Notes under the pieces: generated by a model | The model's database searches: none | Seen by the model: the letters and a program-made list of their open reading frames with translations, nothing else | What the model was told of the DNA's origin: nothing | Translations under genes and position numbers: made by a program | Shown here: one piece after another, positions 24,726 to 35,675 of the stretch | Layout: each line of letters opens with the position of its first letter | How positions within the stretch are numbered: position 1 is the first letter of the stretch | Assembly (NCBI GenBank): GCA_963667175.2 | Contig: CAXXXF010000013.1 | Coordinates: 64,001-128,000 of the forward strand | Length of the DNA stretch: 64,000 nucleotides | Source: Candidatus Latescibacterota bacterium | Lineage (GTDB): Bacteria; Latescibacterota; UBA2968; GCA-2709665 | Direction of reading: 5' to 3'

Positions 24726-24975
24726 GGCCACAAAATGCACAAAGGGCCTGCATGCAGCGCCTGTCTGCGTGCGTACACGCACAGGCAGGCAGTTCGCTGC
24801 GCAGGCAGGCACAGAAGGTACCGGCGCGAAACGGCGCGTGTCGTAACGCCGAGATCCTGCAGTTTTTCGTTGCCACGGCGAAGACCTGCCGAAACGGGGT
24901 ATGAGGTCGTCCAACCGGACGTTTTCTCCGTTCACGCCCCGTGACCTTGTCCATCCTGAAACGCCGACGTCAGAC
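24726..24975. repeat. Dispersed non-coding repeat, copy 2, carrying a nested CCTG..CAGG palindromic insert
   Basis: Colinear with 9608-9880, with an extra CCTGCATGCAGCGCCTGTCTGCGTGCG...CAGGCAGG...CAGGCAGG segment. Confidence 0.55.
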
Positions 24976-25014
24976 GTTCTTCTGCCATCGTCCTTCGCAA
25001 CCCCACTTCCCGGA

Positions 25015-26562
25015 TCAAGCACGGGCCGCCTCGAAGGCCGTAATGTTGCGGGTCTCCTTGCTGAACTCGACCGCGATCAGGTGAATCGGCTGTCCCAAAT
25101 CGCAGTATTTGTCGGCGTAACGCCGCTCCTTCAGCTGCGCCATCGCGGCGCCCGCCGATGCCAGTTCCACCACTTTAAACTCGAACAGGTAGACATTGCC
25201 GTTGAACAAAACCGCCATATCCACACGACCATGACTGCTGCTGTCCTCTACGGTAATAGTCAGACCCAGCGCCGCGAAATAGGAATAGAACACACTGGCG
25301 TAGTAGCCCTCGTACCGCGCAACGTCGTTGTTGGTGTACCACTCGCAGGGAATGCTGGCGAAGAAAGCGTGAAACAACGTCTCCAGCCCGGCGAAGTCGT
25401 TGGCTTCCAACAGCCGGTACAACCGCGTGCTATTGGCCCGCTGCCGCGTCCCATCCCGCACCAGGTAGCGCAGTAGACTGCGGTTCAGGCTCTGGCGCAC
25501 CTCGCGGTTTGGATAGTCCAGGCGATAGACCCGCTCGCCGCCTAAGTCCTCCTCGTCGGTAATCGTCAGGTAGCCGGTCTGGAACAGCAGAGCCTCGGTG
25601 GCGATGTCATCGACGTCAAAGGTCGAGAGCAGCTCGTCGCTGCCCTCCATCGCGCCGAGTTCCAGGGAACTGACGCGGCGTTTGAGCAGCATTTCGATCA
25701 GGAACGTCGGTGTCCCGGTCTCGAACCAGTAGGCTTCGAAGCTGTGCCTTCTAAATAGCAGGAGGATATCGAAGGGGTTATAGACCTTCTCATCGCCCCG
25801 CCAGCTATAGCCATTGTACCAGTCGCGAATCTCTTCCCGATCCAGCCCCGGCAGTTCCGGCGCGAATACCACGTCGAGGTCCGTTTCCGTGTACCCGCAT
25901 AAGTCGGAGTATTGCGGATCAATGGTGATGTCTGTGAGGTTGTTGAGGCCAGAGAAGAGGCGGACTTTGGAGAATTTGCTCACACCCGTGAGGAACGTGA
26001 ATCTGATATGGGCATCATTGGACTTGATCGTCGAATACAGACCCCGCAGAAAGTCGCGGTTGGCACGGGCAATCTTCGGTATCTCCAGCACATCCAGGAT
26101 CGGTTTGTCGTATTCATCAACCAGAACGACAACGCGCTGACCAGCCTCCCGATGCAACATCTGGATGATATGGCGAAAACGTGCGGAAGCAGCATCGTAA
26201 GGGCTTTCTACGCCTGTTTCTCTTTCTATCGCGTCCAGCTGCGCCATCACCTCTTTGTGCAAGCTGTCCGGTTCATCAAAATTGCCGCTGCCAAAGTCAA
26301 GGCGCAAAACCGGATACCGAACGGACCAGTCCCAGCGGTCGTGGACGTGAAGCCCTTCGAACAACGGCTCATTGCCCTCGAACAGTTCCTTCAGCGTGTC
26401 CAGAAACAGGCTCTTGCCAAAGAGACGCGGACGCGATAGAAAATAGTGCGCGCCCTCGTCGATCATCCGCCGCAGGTGGGCCGTTTTGTCGACGTAGTAG
26501 TAGTTTTCTTCCCGAATTTTGGCGAAGGTCTGAATGCCGATGGGCAGTCTGCGTCTGGTCAT
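25015..26562 (-). CDS. AAA-ATPase-like plus PD-(D/E)XK nuclease protein (intact)
   Basis: Same motifs as 7983-9533 (SRPRLFGKS, VDEYDKP, GRVDM...FEFK). Confidence 0.9.
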   Translation of the reverse strand: MTRRRLPIGIQTFAKIREENYYYVDKTAHLRRMIDEGAHYFLSRPRLFGKSLFLDTLKELFEGNEPLFEGLHVHDRWDWSVRYPVLRLDFGSGNFDEPDSLHKEVMAQLDAIERETGVESPYDAASARFRHIIQMLHREAGQRVVVLVDEYDKPILDVLEIPKIARANRDFLRGLYSTIKSNDAHIRFTFLTGVSKFSKVRLFSGLNNLTDITIDPQYSDLCGYTETDLDVVFAPELPGLDREEIRDWYNGYSWRGDEKVYNPFDILLLFRRHSFEAYWFETGTPTFLIEMLLKRRVSSLELGAMEGSDELLSTFDVDDIATEALLFQTGYLTITDEEDLGGERVYRLDYPNREVRQSLNRSLLRYLVRDGTRQRANSTRLYRLLEANDFAGLETLFHAFFASIPCEWYTNNDVARYEGYYASVFYSYFAALGLTITVEDSSSHGRVDMAVLFNGNVYLFEFKVVELASAGAAMAQLKERRYADKYCDLGQPIHLIAVEFSKETRNITAFEAARA

Positions 26563-26578
26563 GGTTCACCCCTGGCCC

Positions 26579-29011
26579 TCACACCGTTATGTACTCCGAC
26601 GGCGTGCTCGGGACGCCGCCGGCGTCCACCGCCACGACCCGAAAGGACGTCCCCTTCACCGTGTCATTCAGCGGCCAGCGGGTCTCGCGGACGTCGCCCA
26701 GCAGGGTTTCATTCGACGCGGAGAATCCTCCGGGTTCCGGGCATCCATGCACACGATATCGCACCGCGACGTTTCCACCCTCGTTCGCGGACCACACCAG
26801 CGACCGTTTTCCGCCCCGGCCTTCCACCCGGAGGTCCACCGGCAGACACGGGCCGTGGGGCGCGAATGACCGCGCCTCGCTCCAGTCTCCCCACGTCCCC
26901 TTATCGTTCCGCGCCCGCACGCGCCAGTAATAGACCTCGTCGGGATTCAGCAGATTCGGAAACTCCGCCTGCCATTTCGTCCCGCCCGCGTACGCGGTCC
27001 GTCCCACGTACCGGTCGAACGCGGGGCACACGCACCATCTGAAATCCGCGTATCGGCTGACCTGGATATGGTAATCGTCCACCTTTCCGCTGCCGTCGCG
27101 CGGGCGCTTCCACCGGAATTCGAAATCCAGCCGGTCGACGTCGGCGCCATCGTCAGGGTAAATCAGCCCGGGCGCGCCGGGCGGACGGATCGACCGCTCC
27201 TCGCGCCATCCGTACGTCACGCGGACCTTCCGCTGTCCCGGGCTGTCGTCGCGGTAGGCGATCCTATTGTCGCCGCAGAACAGCGAAGGCAGGGACCGCG
27301 TGGCGCACTGGATGTCCGTATCGAAGCGGATCGCGTCCAGGCCTACACCGTGTGGCCGGGAACCGGCCCACATGGCGACCTTGATGTAGTACTGATAACA
27401 GGGCCCCATCCGCCATCCGAGGTCGGTCTCCCCGCGCCAGTCGTTCAGCGCCGGGTTCAGGTACCAGTCCAGGTCCACGCACGCGTCCAGACGCCGTCCG
27501 ATGGCGACCCACAGGGACCGCCAGTCTTCGCCGTCTTTGGAAAACAGCACTTCGAGACCATCTTCCTGCGTGTCGCATCGACACCGGATACCCAGCCGCG
27601 CCCCCGCAATCGCGTATGGAGACGCCACCCGCCACACCACCTCCGAAACCTCGCCTTTCTTTTCCGGGTGCAGCGCGACGCGCCTCCCGGAAGTCTCCTG
27701 CGCGACGTTGATCGCAGATTCGGTCCCCTTCAATCCGAGCGGACCGCGAAGGTCGGGCCGGTACGCCAGTTTCCCGTTGGAATACCGAACGGTCGGGTAA
27801 AGCCGTTTCCCCCGGATCACGTTCTTTCCCACGTTGTCCCAGTAGCGGACGAGTTTCTCCCCCGGCCGGAGCCGCAGCGCCATGGTCTGCGCCGGCGGGT
27901 ATTCGCCCGGCGTCTGTCTTATCTTCCCCCCGGCGTCCATCCACGCGCCGCCCTTGTTGGGCGGATAGACGTACTGGCGTTCCCGGAAGGGCGTGTAGTA
28001 ATAGTCCTTCTCGGGCAGGTCTCGCCCGCACAGGCCCAGGTTGCGGTGGGAGCGGCGCAGCAGGTCGATGTCCCGGGAGAGGTCCTCGGCGCCGGCAACC
28101 GTCCTGTTGTCCCGTCTGAGGAAGAACACCATCAGGTCCGTGTCCAGAAAATGCCAGTCTCCGTCCGCGAACGCCTCGAAGATATCGTGCCCGCAGCTGC
28201 GCCCGCGTCCGTATCCGTCGATGGTGCCGCCAAGCCAGATTTCCCGGCTCTTCACGCCCATCGCCTCCGCGAGACGACGGCTCGTGATCGCGTTGGCCAC
28301 GCAGCCCTCGAACCCGTACACGTTGAAGAGTCTGACGGGGTCGCTGGTCCGGTCGAACCAGGACAGTCCGATCCGGCTGTCGTAGAGCTCGTCGACCACG
28401 AACTTCCAGATCGCCATCATCTTGTCCCGGTCGTCCAGCCGCCCGCCCCCGACGATGCCGGCGATCTCTTTCGTCATGGTCTCCGCCGACCACCAGTCCC
28501 GCTTCCCGTTGGCCACCACCCACGGGTTCTCCACGTCGGTCTCTCCCAGGTTCTCGATGACCACGTACTGGTTGGGCTCGAAGACCTGGTCGTAGGGCGG
28601 CATACTTGAATTCGGACCGGGACAGTAGACTTCCGGGCCCACCGTGACCGTATTCGATTCGTCCAGGTTCCCGCCCATGGAAATCGTGAATTCCTCACGC
28701 TTTTCCGTCAGTACGGAACTCCGCTCTTTCTGCGCCCGGGGTACCGCAACCCGCAGCGGGTCCGCCCCCTTGAGGCTGTTCGTTTCCGGAATCAGGCTGG
28801 GGGCCCGCCACTCCGCCGCGAGATAGTAACAGGTCTTTCCCGGTTCCAGGTGCGCCGTGTCGTCGTACGTTTCTTCGAACGCCACCCCGACCTCTTCATA
28901 GGGCCCCGCCGCGCGGCGCGACCTGTAGATGCGGGCGCCGGGGTGACCCGCAAGGTCCACTCCCAGCCGCACCCGGTTGACTGCGGCCTGCAAGACCTTT
29001 AATTTCAGCAT
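26579..29011 (-). CDS. Hypothetical protein with a transglutaminase-like core and fibronectin-III-like domains
   Basis: Cys (EGCVANA), His (GHDIFE) and Asp (WHFLDTD) in transglutaminase-like order; YYWRVRARND...WGDWS is an FN3 motif. Confidence 0.6.
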   Translation of the reverse strand: MLKLKVLQAAVNRVRLGVDLAGHPGARIYRSRRAAGPYEEVGVAFEETYDDTAHLEPGKTCYYLAAEWRAPSLIPETNSLKGADPLRVAVPRAQKERSSVLTEKREEFTISMGGNLDESNTVTVGPEVYCPGPNSSMPPYDQVFEPNQYVVIENLGETDVENPWVVANGKRDWWSAETMTKEIAGIVGGGRLDDRDKMMAIWKFVVDELYDSRIGLSWFDRTSDPVRLFNVYGFEGCVANAITSRRLAEAMGVKSREIWLGGTIDGYGRGRSCGHDIFEAFADGDWHFLDTDLMVFFLRRDNRTVAGAEDLSRDIDLLRRSHRNLGLCGRDLPEKDYYYTPFRERQYVYPPNKGGAWMDAGGKIRQTPGEYPPAQTMALRLRPGEKLVRYWDNVGKNVIRGKRLYPTVRYSNGKLAYRPDLRGPLGLKGTESAINVAQETSGRRVALHPEKKGEVSEVVWRVASPYAIAGARLGIRCRCDTQEDGLEVLFSKDGEDWRSLWVAIGRRLDACVDLDWYLNPALNDWRGETDLGWRMGPCYQYYIKVAMWAGSRPHGVGLDAIRFDTDIQCATRSLPSLFCGDNRIAYRDDSPGQRKVRVTYGWREERSIRPPGAPGLIYPDDGADVDRLDFEFRWKRPRDGSGKVDDYHIQVSRYADFRWCVCPAFDRYVGRTAYAGGTKWQAEFPNLLNPDEVYYWRVRARNDKGTWGDWSEARSFAPHGPCLPVDLRVEGRGGKRSLVWSANEGGNVAVRYRVHGCPEPGGFSASNETLLGDVRETRWPLNDTVKGTSFRVVAVDAGGVPSTPSEYITV

Positions 29012-29043
29012 GTTCGTCCTCCGTATCTGTCTTTACGGACGCG

Positions 29044-30627
29044 TCACGCGCCGAATGCGGCGGCGAAGGCAATGAAATCCGCGAAGCTGATGCTGCCGTC
29101 GCCGTCCAGATCGTACCTTTCGTCGAACGAACCGGCGCCGGACGTCGAACCGAAGTGCCGCGCGAACGCAATGAAATCCTGAAAGTCCACCTTTCGGTCG
29201 CCGTTGAAGTCCGGCGACTTGATCTCCGGCGGGCCATCGAGCGCTGTCCTGGTGTAGAGGACGTGGGGGATTTCCAGCCCGGGTCTGCCGATGTGGTCGA
29301 ACAGCGCCCAGTAGATGTCCCAGATCCGCGGGTCCCACCGGCAGAGTTCGATCCAGCCCCGGATGATCGTCGCGTCTCCGTCCTGCCGGTCCACGCGGGA
29401 ACCGATCTTCGGGTTCGAGAGCGACCCGTTCCACATCTGGTCGGTAAGCGTCCGCGCAAACCGGAGCATGTCCGCCCTCGTGAAGACCACGCCCCGCCGG
29501 TAAGCCTCGACTGCGAACTCCACGTCGATGTGCCCGTGGCTCGTGTCCTCCGCGCCGCTCTGATCCGGTCTGCCCGCCTCGACCCAGTCCCAGTAAGCCC
29601 AGGTATGCGCGTCTCCCGTTTCCTTCAAGGAATCCTTGAAGAACGCGGCCATCTGCGCGGCGCGCTCTTCGAACAGCGGCTCGTCCGACACGTCTTTCAG
29701 CGCCAGGTAGACGCGGCCGAGCGCGAGGTACTGGTTGTGCGGCAGGATGCGGTTGGGAAATCGTTCGGCCGATGATTCGGTGAACCGGTAGGCCCCCATG
29801 CCGGGCGCCATCTGCACCCAATGGCGCTCCTGTTTTCTCAACACGCGCTCCTCGATCAAGTCGAGGTAGGCGCGGGCCTTTTCCCCGTAGCGCGCCTTCA
29901 GACTATCGTCCCTGAGGGCCAGTTCAACAAACTGCGCGATGGGGTAGAGGATCATCCCCTCGTGGACGGCGTATTCGAGGGGACGCACCGCCCACGTCTC
30001 CACCCGGAATTTGTCTCCGATTTCGGGGAGCCTGTCCAGGCGCAATTTGAAACCCGGAATGCCGGGGACGTCCTGTCCCAGGGAATATGGACCTTCATAG
30101 ACCACTACCGAACGGGCGAGGTCCCGCACCACGTACCGGTTCGATGCGACCCGTTCGAGGATAAATTCCGCGTCGATCGCCTCGTGGGCCTGCTCGATGT
30201 TCGTAACAGTGGCCTCTTCCGGCCTGATCGACGCCGTTCCCCGATTGTGCAACGCCCGGGCCCGCATCCTGGACACCGAATACCGGTCCGTGTGCCACCC
30301 TGGGATGCCATCGCCGTCGTGGTCGCTCATGTTGGCGACCATCCGGTCGAAGTGGTCCACGACCTTGTCCAGCCACCGGGTATACCGGGTTGCCCGGTAC
30401 ATCTTGACGTAGGCGTTCAGGTAGTAACTCTCGCCCCATGCCAGCGTGGCGGAACTCGCGCTTTCGGAGAATCCCTTTCCCGCGTTTCGCGAGACGTCGA
30501 AGCCCACGAACTGCTTCGCCAGGGCTTCCGGGTCGAACCCGGCGGTCTGCGCCGGCGCTTCCTGGCGTGCGAGCACCGTGAGGACGGCGACCGCCGCGAC
30601 CATGGCGGATCCGGCGCAAAGTTTCAT
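29044..30627 (-). CDS. Secreted protein with a C-terminal dockerin/EF-hand-like domain
   Basis: Signal peptide; DFNGDRKVDFQDFIAFA...DLDGDGSISFADFIAFA. The core may be an alpha/alpha-toroid enzyme. Confidence 0.65.
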   Translation of the reverse strand: MKLCAGSAMVAAVAVLTVLARQEAPAQTAGFDPEALAKQFVGFDVSRNAGKGFSESASSATLAWGESYYLNAYVKMYRATRYTRWLDKVVDHFDRMVANMSDHDGDGIPGWHTDRYSVSRMRARALHNRGTASIRPEEATVTNIEQAHEAIDAEFILERVASNRYVVRDLARSVVVYEGPYSLGQDVPGIPGFKLRLDRLPEIGDKFRVETWAVRPLEYAVHEGMILYPIAQFVELALRDDSLKARYGEKARAYLDLIEERVLRKQERHWVQMAPGMGAYRFTESSAERFPNRILPHNQYLALGRVYLALKDVSDEPLFEERAAQMAAFFKDSLKETGDAHTWAYWDWVEAGRPDQSGAEDTSHGHIDVEFAVEAYRRGVVFTRADMLRFARTLTDQMWNGSLSNPKIGSRVDRQDGDATIIRGWIELCRWDPRIWDIYWALFDHIGRPGLEIPHVLYTRTALDGPPEIKSPDFNGDRKVDFQDFIAFARHFGSTSGAGSFDERYDLDGDGSISFADFIAFAAAFGA

Positions 30628-30642
30628 TTCCGTACAAGCCTC

Positions 30643-30975
30643 TCAACGATGCGCCGGCGCCTCTTCAGCGGCCTCACGCGGATGAACGTTGATTTGCACG
30701 TCTACGCGCTGGCCGAGCCTATTGAGCACGGTCATCAGACGGTCAATGGTGAAGCGGTCAAGCTGAACGTTGCGAATACGAGTAAAGTCCGCGTGGTTGA
30801 TGCCGGTTCGGACCTCGGCCTTGCGCGTTGAAAGCCCTTCGTCGTCAAGAATGCCGATGATGCGGGCGGCCAGAAGCGCCTTGGTCTGCTGTACGTCGGC
30901 GTCAGCGCGGCCCAAGTCGCGGAAAACATTGCCGCTGCCATGCACCAACTCAAAATCGTCTTCTGTTGTACTCAT
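30643..30975 (-). CDS. HigA-like XRE-HTH antitoxin
   Basis: GSGNVFRDLG and the HTH region ending RFTIDRLM; start overlaps the toxin stop. Confidence 0.85.
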   Translation of the reverse strand: MSTTEDDFELVHGSGNVFRDLGRADADVQQTKALLAARIIGILDDEGLSTRKAEVRTGINHADFTRIRNVQLDRFTIDRLMTVLNRLGQRVDVQINVHPREAAEEAPAHR

Positions 30976-31340
30976 TGCTGTAACTCCTTCTTCAATCGCT
31001 TTAGCCGCTCGCGGATCAGATCGATATCCTTCTTTGGGGTCTTGATGCCCTGCTCCGCCTTTTTCTTGAAGGCGTGCAGGACCCAAATCCGCTCCCTGAA
31101 TCGCACAGCGTAGACTGCCCGATACGCATCGGTGCGGTGTTTGAGCGCCACCTCAAATATGCCGGAGCCGAAACCCTTCAGAGGTTTGGCGACGTCGGCT
31201 TTACGGCCTTCGGCCGCGACCGTCAGCGCCCGCAGGATCGCGTTCTGCGGCTCCTGGGCAAAGCTGTCGAAAGCTTTACGGGCCGCCCTGATCCACGAGA
31301 CCGGCCGGGTATTTCTGCTTCTAATGGGATATGATGGCAA
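30972..31340 (-). CDS. RelE/ParE-family (Gp49/HigB-like) toxin; start uncertain
   Basis: KPLKGFGSGIFEV, YRAVYAVRF and VLHAFKKK...KTPKKDIDLI. Confidence 0.85.
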   Translation of the reverse strand: MPSYPIRSRNTRPVSWIRAARKAFDSFAQEPQNAILRALTVAAEGRKADVAKPLKGFGSGIFEVALKHRTDAYRAVYAVRFRERIWVLHAFKKKAEQGIKTPKKDIDLIRERLKRLKKELQQ

Positions 31341-31515
31341 ATATAACACCAAGCGCCAACGGATACAAATCTTCCCGTTAGCGTGCAGAAGAAAACCGGG
31401 GTGGGTCCTCGTCCGGAAGGTGGTAGCGCGGTAATGGAACGATTGCGGCGCGTTGGTCAGCGCCACGCAGACCCTGCCGAGCGCCTTGCCGTTTGAATCA
31501 CGCGGCGGCTTTCCG

Positions 31516-33978
31516 TCAACCGCCGTACTGAAAGCGGATTTCGCGGTCCTCGCTCTTGCCGCTGACAAGGTCCTTGATTTCGACTTCAAGCACGTTCACG
31601 CCGTGTTTGACCTTGTCGAGGTCGAATTCCAGGTATCCCTGTTCGTTCGAATTGGTACCCTCGTGTTCGTACGAAATCGAGACCGACGGTCTCTTGCTTC
31701 TGAACAGCGAGCGGAGACCTGACGCCACCGAACCGAGCGCGCCGCGGATGGGTTTCGAAACGTACCGCACAGCGTACTTGACCTTGAAACGCGTCTGGCC
31801 GAACCGGTCCTTCTTCAGGTTGTAGATCTCGTAGTAGGCGTATACCTGCTGGGCGCCCCGGTAGTTCCGCGTCGGCATGGGCACAACCCACACGTCTCCC
31901 TTCTTGAACCGCTCCTGCAGCTTCTTTTCTCCAATTGTGGCGGCGAGTTGAATGTCGCTGATCCGAAGCCGGTCATCGGGATATTCCTCCACGTCCACCG
32001 TCTGCCGGTAGATGCCGTTGTGGCCGGAAAGCAGATCCTTGATCTGAACCTGAAGGTCGTATTTCCCGGGCGGGACCCGGAGCTTGAGGAGTTCCGGCAT
32101 AAACGCCTTCTGGGCGCCGCTGAAATCGCTCGCGACCCTGTACGCGCGACTGGACGACGTACGATGGATAACGCTGTAATCCGCCGGGGCCAGGGCAAGC
32201 GCGCACTTGACCTGGATGTACGACACGTCGCGCCTCTGTCCGACCCTCACCTGTGCGGCCGGGATCCCGTAGTAGACTTCCAGCGTGGACCCGCCCTCCG
32301 GCGCCCGGAAACTGGCGAGATCGAAGTAGAAGTCCAGCGGGGGATGGTGAAACCTGGGACGGTAGACGTCGGGCATGCGGGAGACCGCGTTGCGAAAAAC
32401 CACGCGGGGCGCGTATTCCGTGAACCTGGCAATCCGGGAGACGTCCGTGTCCAGAGAAGGTGGCGGGATGGGCGCGAAGTCAAATGCCCCCGTTCCCCGT
32501 TCGTCCGTAAACGTGATTTCCATGCCAATTCCGATACCCGTGTACGTCCAGGTTTCCCAGGGTACGGCGCCGACTTCGTTGTCCAGTGTGATCGGCGCGT
32601 ACCCGCCGAAATTAAGCCGGGTATTCAGATTCCCGAACTCGTCGAAACGGCTGTCTTCCCTGATCATTGCCGTGGGGTCAACTTCGTTTTCCGCCTGCGC
32701 GGACACCTGGGAGGCGTCGACGCCGACGTCGTCGTCAGCGGTCGTCGCGCCGGCTGCGTCCGCGATAACGTTCTCGTCGAAAAGCGTGGCCTCCAGGTGG
32801 CTGCGATTCGCCCGAATCGGAAACACGGGGCCTGTAAACGTCAACAGCGCGGCCTCGTCGCCGTAGAGCGCCACAGCCATCCGGTCGCGGACGGCCTGGA
32901 CCTTCGGATTCTGCACAAATTGCCTGCGGGTGGACCGGGAACGGTAATCGGGTTCTCCGTAGCGTATGTAGACCTCACCGCGTTTGTCCCAGGGGCTGGC
33001 GCCCTTCGAGAAGAAGGTCCGGGCGTGCCAGACGCGGCGATAGTGCTCGATGAGCCGTTCGTTGATCGCGGTCAGGATATCGGAATCTCTCTTCAGCCAG
33101 AACCTTTTCAGGAAGGCTTCCTTTTCCTCCCCTGCGGCGGTCCGGTACGCTTCGAGTTCTTCCGCGGAGGCGACCAGCGTGACGTCTGTATAGACACCGC
33201 GCTCCGTGGGGTCCAGCGTCTGCAGATACCGCTCGAAGTGCTCCAGCGCCCGTCCGAACCGTTCCAGGTAGAAGTGCGCCTGCGCGGCCAGGGGGAGCAG
33301 CCGGGTTTCCGACGGGTGCGTCTCGAGAAAGGGGGTAATGTACCGGTCGATTTTGTCGTACTGCCCGAGTTGGACCAGCGAGAGTCCGAATTCGTAGCGT
33401 CCTTCGGGGTTGTCGGGTTCCAGCTCGATGTACGTCGTATAGTAGCCCAGGGCCTTTTCGTGGTCTTCTTCGAATCTTCCGTACGCCTCCCCGAGGAGCC
33501 GGTACGCCGGTCCGTAGGCCGCGTTGATCTCAATGGCGGACCTGGCTTCGCCCACGGCCTGGCGAAAGTTGAAAAATGCCTCCAGACCTCTTCCCGAGTT
33601 TCGTAATCTGGCGAGTCCGAGCCCCACGCAGGCGCCCGGAAGGTCGGCGTCGAGTTTCTTCGCCGATTCGAAGGCAACGATGGCGGATTCGAAATCTCCC
33701 GCTTTGAGGAGGGCGTTCCCCTGGCGCGTCAGGAGGTCGGCGTCTTCCGGAAATGCCTCGACGAGCCGCCCGAGAATCCGGGCTGCTTCCGCGTGTGCCC
33801 CCGATTGCGCACGTTGTTCGGACGCGGAAACCAGGGAGTCCCTCGCGGCAGGTCGAATGGAAGGTTCAGACTGCTCACCCGCGGGTATTCCAGGCGCCGC
33901 CACAACAGCGAGAACCCACACCCAGACACAAAGGCGGGCCGGACGGCAGGGGCCGCAACGACAGGTTCGGTTCTTCAT
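31516..33978 (-). CDS. TPR plus GWxTD-type domain protein, exported
   Basis: Signal peptide, TPR repeats and FW...D.....NER..EHYRRV..A......WDKRGEVYIRYGEPD. Confidence 0.8.
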   Translation of the reverse strand: MKNRTCRCGPCRPARLCVWVWVLAVVAAPGIPAGEQSEPSIRPAARDSLVSASEQRAQSGAHAEAARILGRLVEAFPEDADLLTRQGNALLKAGDFESAIVAFESAKKLDADLPGACVGLGLARLRNSGRGLEAFFNFRQAVGEARSAIEINAAYGPAYRLLGEAYGRFEEDHEKALGYYTTYIELEPDNPEGRYEFGLSLVQLGQYDKIDRYITPFLETHPSETRLLPLAAQAHFYLERFGRALEHFERYLQTLDPTERGVYTDVTLVASAEELEAYRTAAGEEKEAFLKRFWLKRDSDILTAINERLIEHYRRVWHARTFFSKGASPWDKRGEVYIRYGEPDYRSRSTRRQFVQNPKVQAVRDRMAVALYGDEAALLTFTGPVFPIRANRSHLEATLFDENVIADAAGATTADDDVGVDASQVSAQAENEVDPTAMIREDSRFDEFGNLNTRLNFGGYAPITLDNEVGAVPWETWTYTGIGIGMEITFTDERGTGAFDFAPIPPPSLDTDVSRIARFTEYAPRVVFRNAVSRMPDVYRPRFHHPPLDFYFDLASFRAPEGGSTLEVYYGIPAAQVRVGQRRDVSYIQVKCALALAPADYSVIHRTSSSRAYRVASDFSGAQKAFMPELLKLRVPPGKYDLQVQIKDLLSGHNGIYRQTVDVEEYPDDRLRISDIQLAATIGEKKLQERFKKGDVWVVPMPTRNYRGAQQVYAYYEIYNLKKDRFGQTRFKVKYAVRYVSKPIRGALGSVASGLRSLFRSKRPSVSISYEHEGTNSNEQGYLEFDLDKVKHGVNVLEVEIKDLVSGKSEDREIRFQYGG

Positions 33979-34173
33979 AGCCTTACTCCAAGAGCCGGAT
34001 CGACAGGATGATGAGGTCTGTTTTTCTTAGCTAAACTTGGGCCGGGGACGGCGCATGTCAAGCGAAAAGCGTTCCCGCGTACTCCCCTTGCGAAAACCCT
34101 TGACCTGTGCCGCCGCGCAAGGTATTTAGTGGCACTGAGGTCAATCAGACCACGCCCTGCGGAGGATCCCTGC

Positions 34174-35235
34174 ATGCGCATCGACGAACTGGACACGCCC
34201 TTCCTGGCCGTCAATCTGGACGCGCTGGAAGAAAACCTCGAGCGATACCACGGATATTTCAAGAAAAACGGCATCGGCTTTCGTCCCCACGTCAAGACCC
34301 ACAAGACCCTGGCCGTCGCCCATATGCAGATGAAATACGGCGCGATCGGCCTCACGTGCCAGAAGCTCGGGGAAGCCGAAGTCCTGGCGGCGGGCGGCAT
34401 CCAGACGGACCTGCTCATTCCCTACAACGTCATGGGCGCACAGAAACTCGACCGGCTGACGGCCCTGGCGAAACGACTGCCGGTCACCCTCGCGCCCGAC
34501 TCCGAATTCACCGTCATGGGCCTTTCCCGCGCCGCCGCTTCCGAAGGCGTTTCCATCGGCATCCTCATCGAAGTGGAAATGGGATTTGAGCGCACGGGCG
34601 TTCCCACGCCCCGGGAGGCCACGGAACTGGCCAAACTCGTCCACGATCTTCCCGGACTGGAACTCAGGGGATTCATGGGGTTTCCCACGCCCCCCGATTC
34701 CAGACCGCTCATCCAGGAAACCATCGATCGGTTCGACAAAGCCGGACTGCCTCGCGACGTGGTCAGCGGCGGCGGCACCCCGCACGCCATGGAAGCGCAC
34801 GAAATCCCCGAACTCACGGAATACCGCGCAGGGGAATATCCGGTCGGCGGGGCGATGCACTTTGCAGAAGGGCGGCACACCCTGGATCAGTGCGCGCTGC
34901 GGGTGATCACCACCGTGGTGAGCAGGCCCACGGGAGACCGGATGTTCCTGGACGCGGGGAGCAAAGCGCTGAGCGCCTCCATCTACAAGACCGACCGGGG
35001 AGACTGCATGGGGCATATCGTCGAATACCCCGACGCCCTGATCGGAATCGCTTCCGAAGAGCACGGCCACGTGGATATTTCCCGATGCCCGGTCAAGCCG
35101 GAAATCGGCGAACGCGTGCAGGTGCTTCCCGTTCACCCCTGTCCCTGCGTCAACGAACACGACGAAATGGTCGCCACCCGGAACGGAACGGTCGAAGCCA
35201 TCTGGCCGGTGCACGCCCGCGGCCGAATTCGGTGA
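34174..35235 (+). CDS. PLP-dependent alanine-racemase-fold enzyme (DSD1 / D-threonine aldolase family)
   Basis: LDTP, RPHVKTHK, SGGGTP, DAGSKAL, SEEHG and PVHPC. Confidence 0.88.
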   Translation: MRIDELDTPFLAVNLDALEENLERYHGYFKKNGIGFRPHVKTHKTLAVAHMQMKYGAIGLTCQKLGEAEVLAAGGIQTDLLIPYNVMGAQKLDRLTALAKRLPVTLAPDSEFTVMGLSRAAASEGVSIGILIEVEMGFERTGVPTPREATELAKLVHDLPGLELRGFMGFPTPPDSRPLIQETIDRFDKAGLPRDVVSGGGTPHAMEAHEIPELTEYRAGEYPVGGAMHFAEGRHTLDQCALRVITTVVSRPTGDRMFLDAGSKALSASIYKTDRGDCMGHIVEYPDALIGIASEEHGHVDISRCPVKPEIGERVQVLPVHPCPCVNEHDEMVATRNGTVEAIWPVHARGRIR

Positions 35236-35402
35236 ATTGAAGATTCTCCTCGGAGACGCAGTGGAACGCGGACCGGATCCCCTCGACGCGGATTGCCTCG
35301 AATGCGGCAGGCGGACCATGCCTTGATTTCGGGTGACTGATCTCATATATTGATATCATTTCGCCATCATATGTTGACTTCAGTCGTAGAAGGGAGCGCG
35401 CT

Positions 35403-35675
35403 TTGGCGAAGGTTCCGAAGAGCATGACCCTGCGCGGGCTGGATCCCCGGCTTGCCGCCAGGCTTAGGGAGGTGGCACGGCGGGAAGGCAAGAGCATGAA
35501 CCAGACGGTGCTGGACGCGTTGCGCAATCAGCTCGGACTGGACAAATCCCGTCGGTTTACCGAGGTCCATCACGACCTGGATCACCTCTTCGGACGCTGG
35601 GACGAGGATGAGTTCACCCGGATTCAGCAGAAGCTCGATTCCGAGCGGCGCGTTGATTCGGAACTGTGGCGGTGA
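35403..35675 (+). CDS. Ribbon-helix-helix antitoxin (FitA/VapB-like)
   Basis: MTLRGLDP.L...L...A...GKSMNQ; lies upstream of a PIN gene. Confidence 0.8.
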   Translation: MAKVPKSMTLRGLDPRLAARLREVARREGKSMNQTVLDALRNQLGLDKSRRFTEVHHDLDHLFGRWDEDEFTRIQQKLDSERRVDSELWR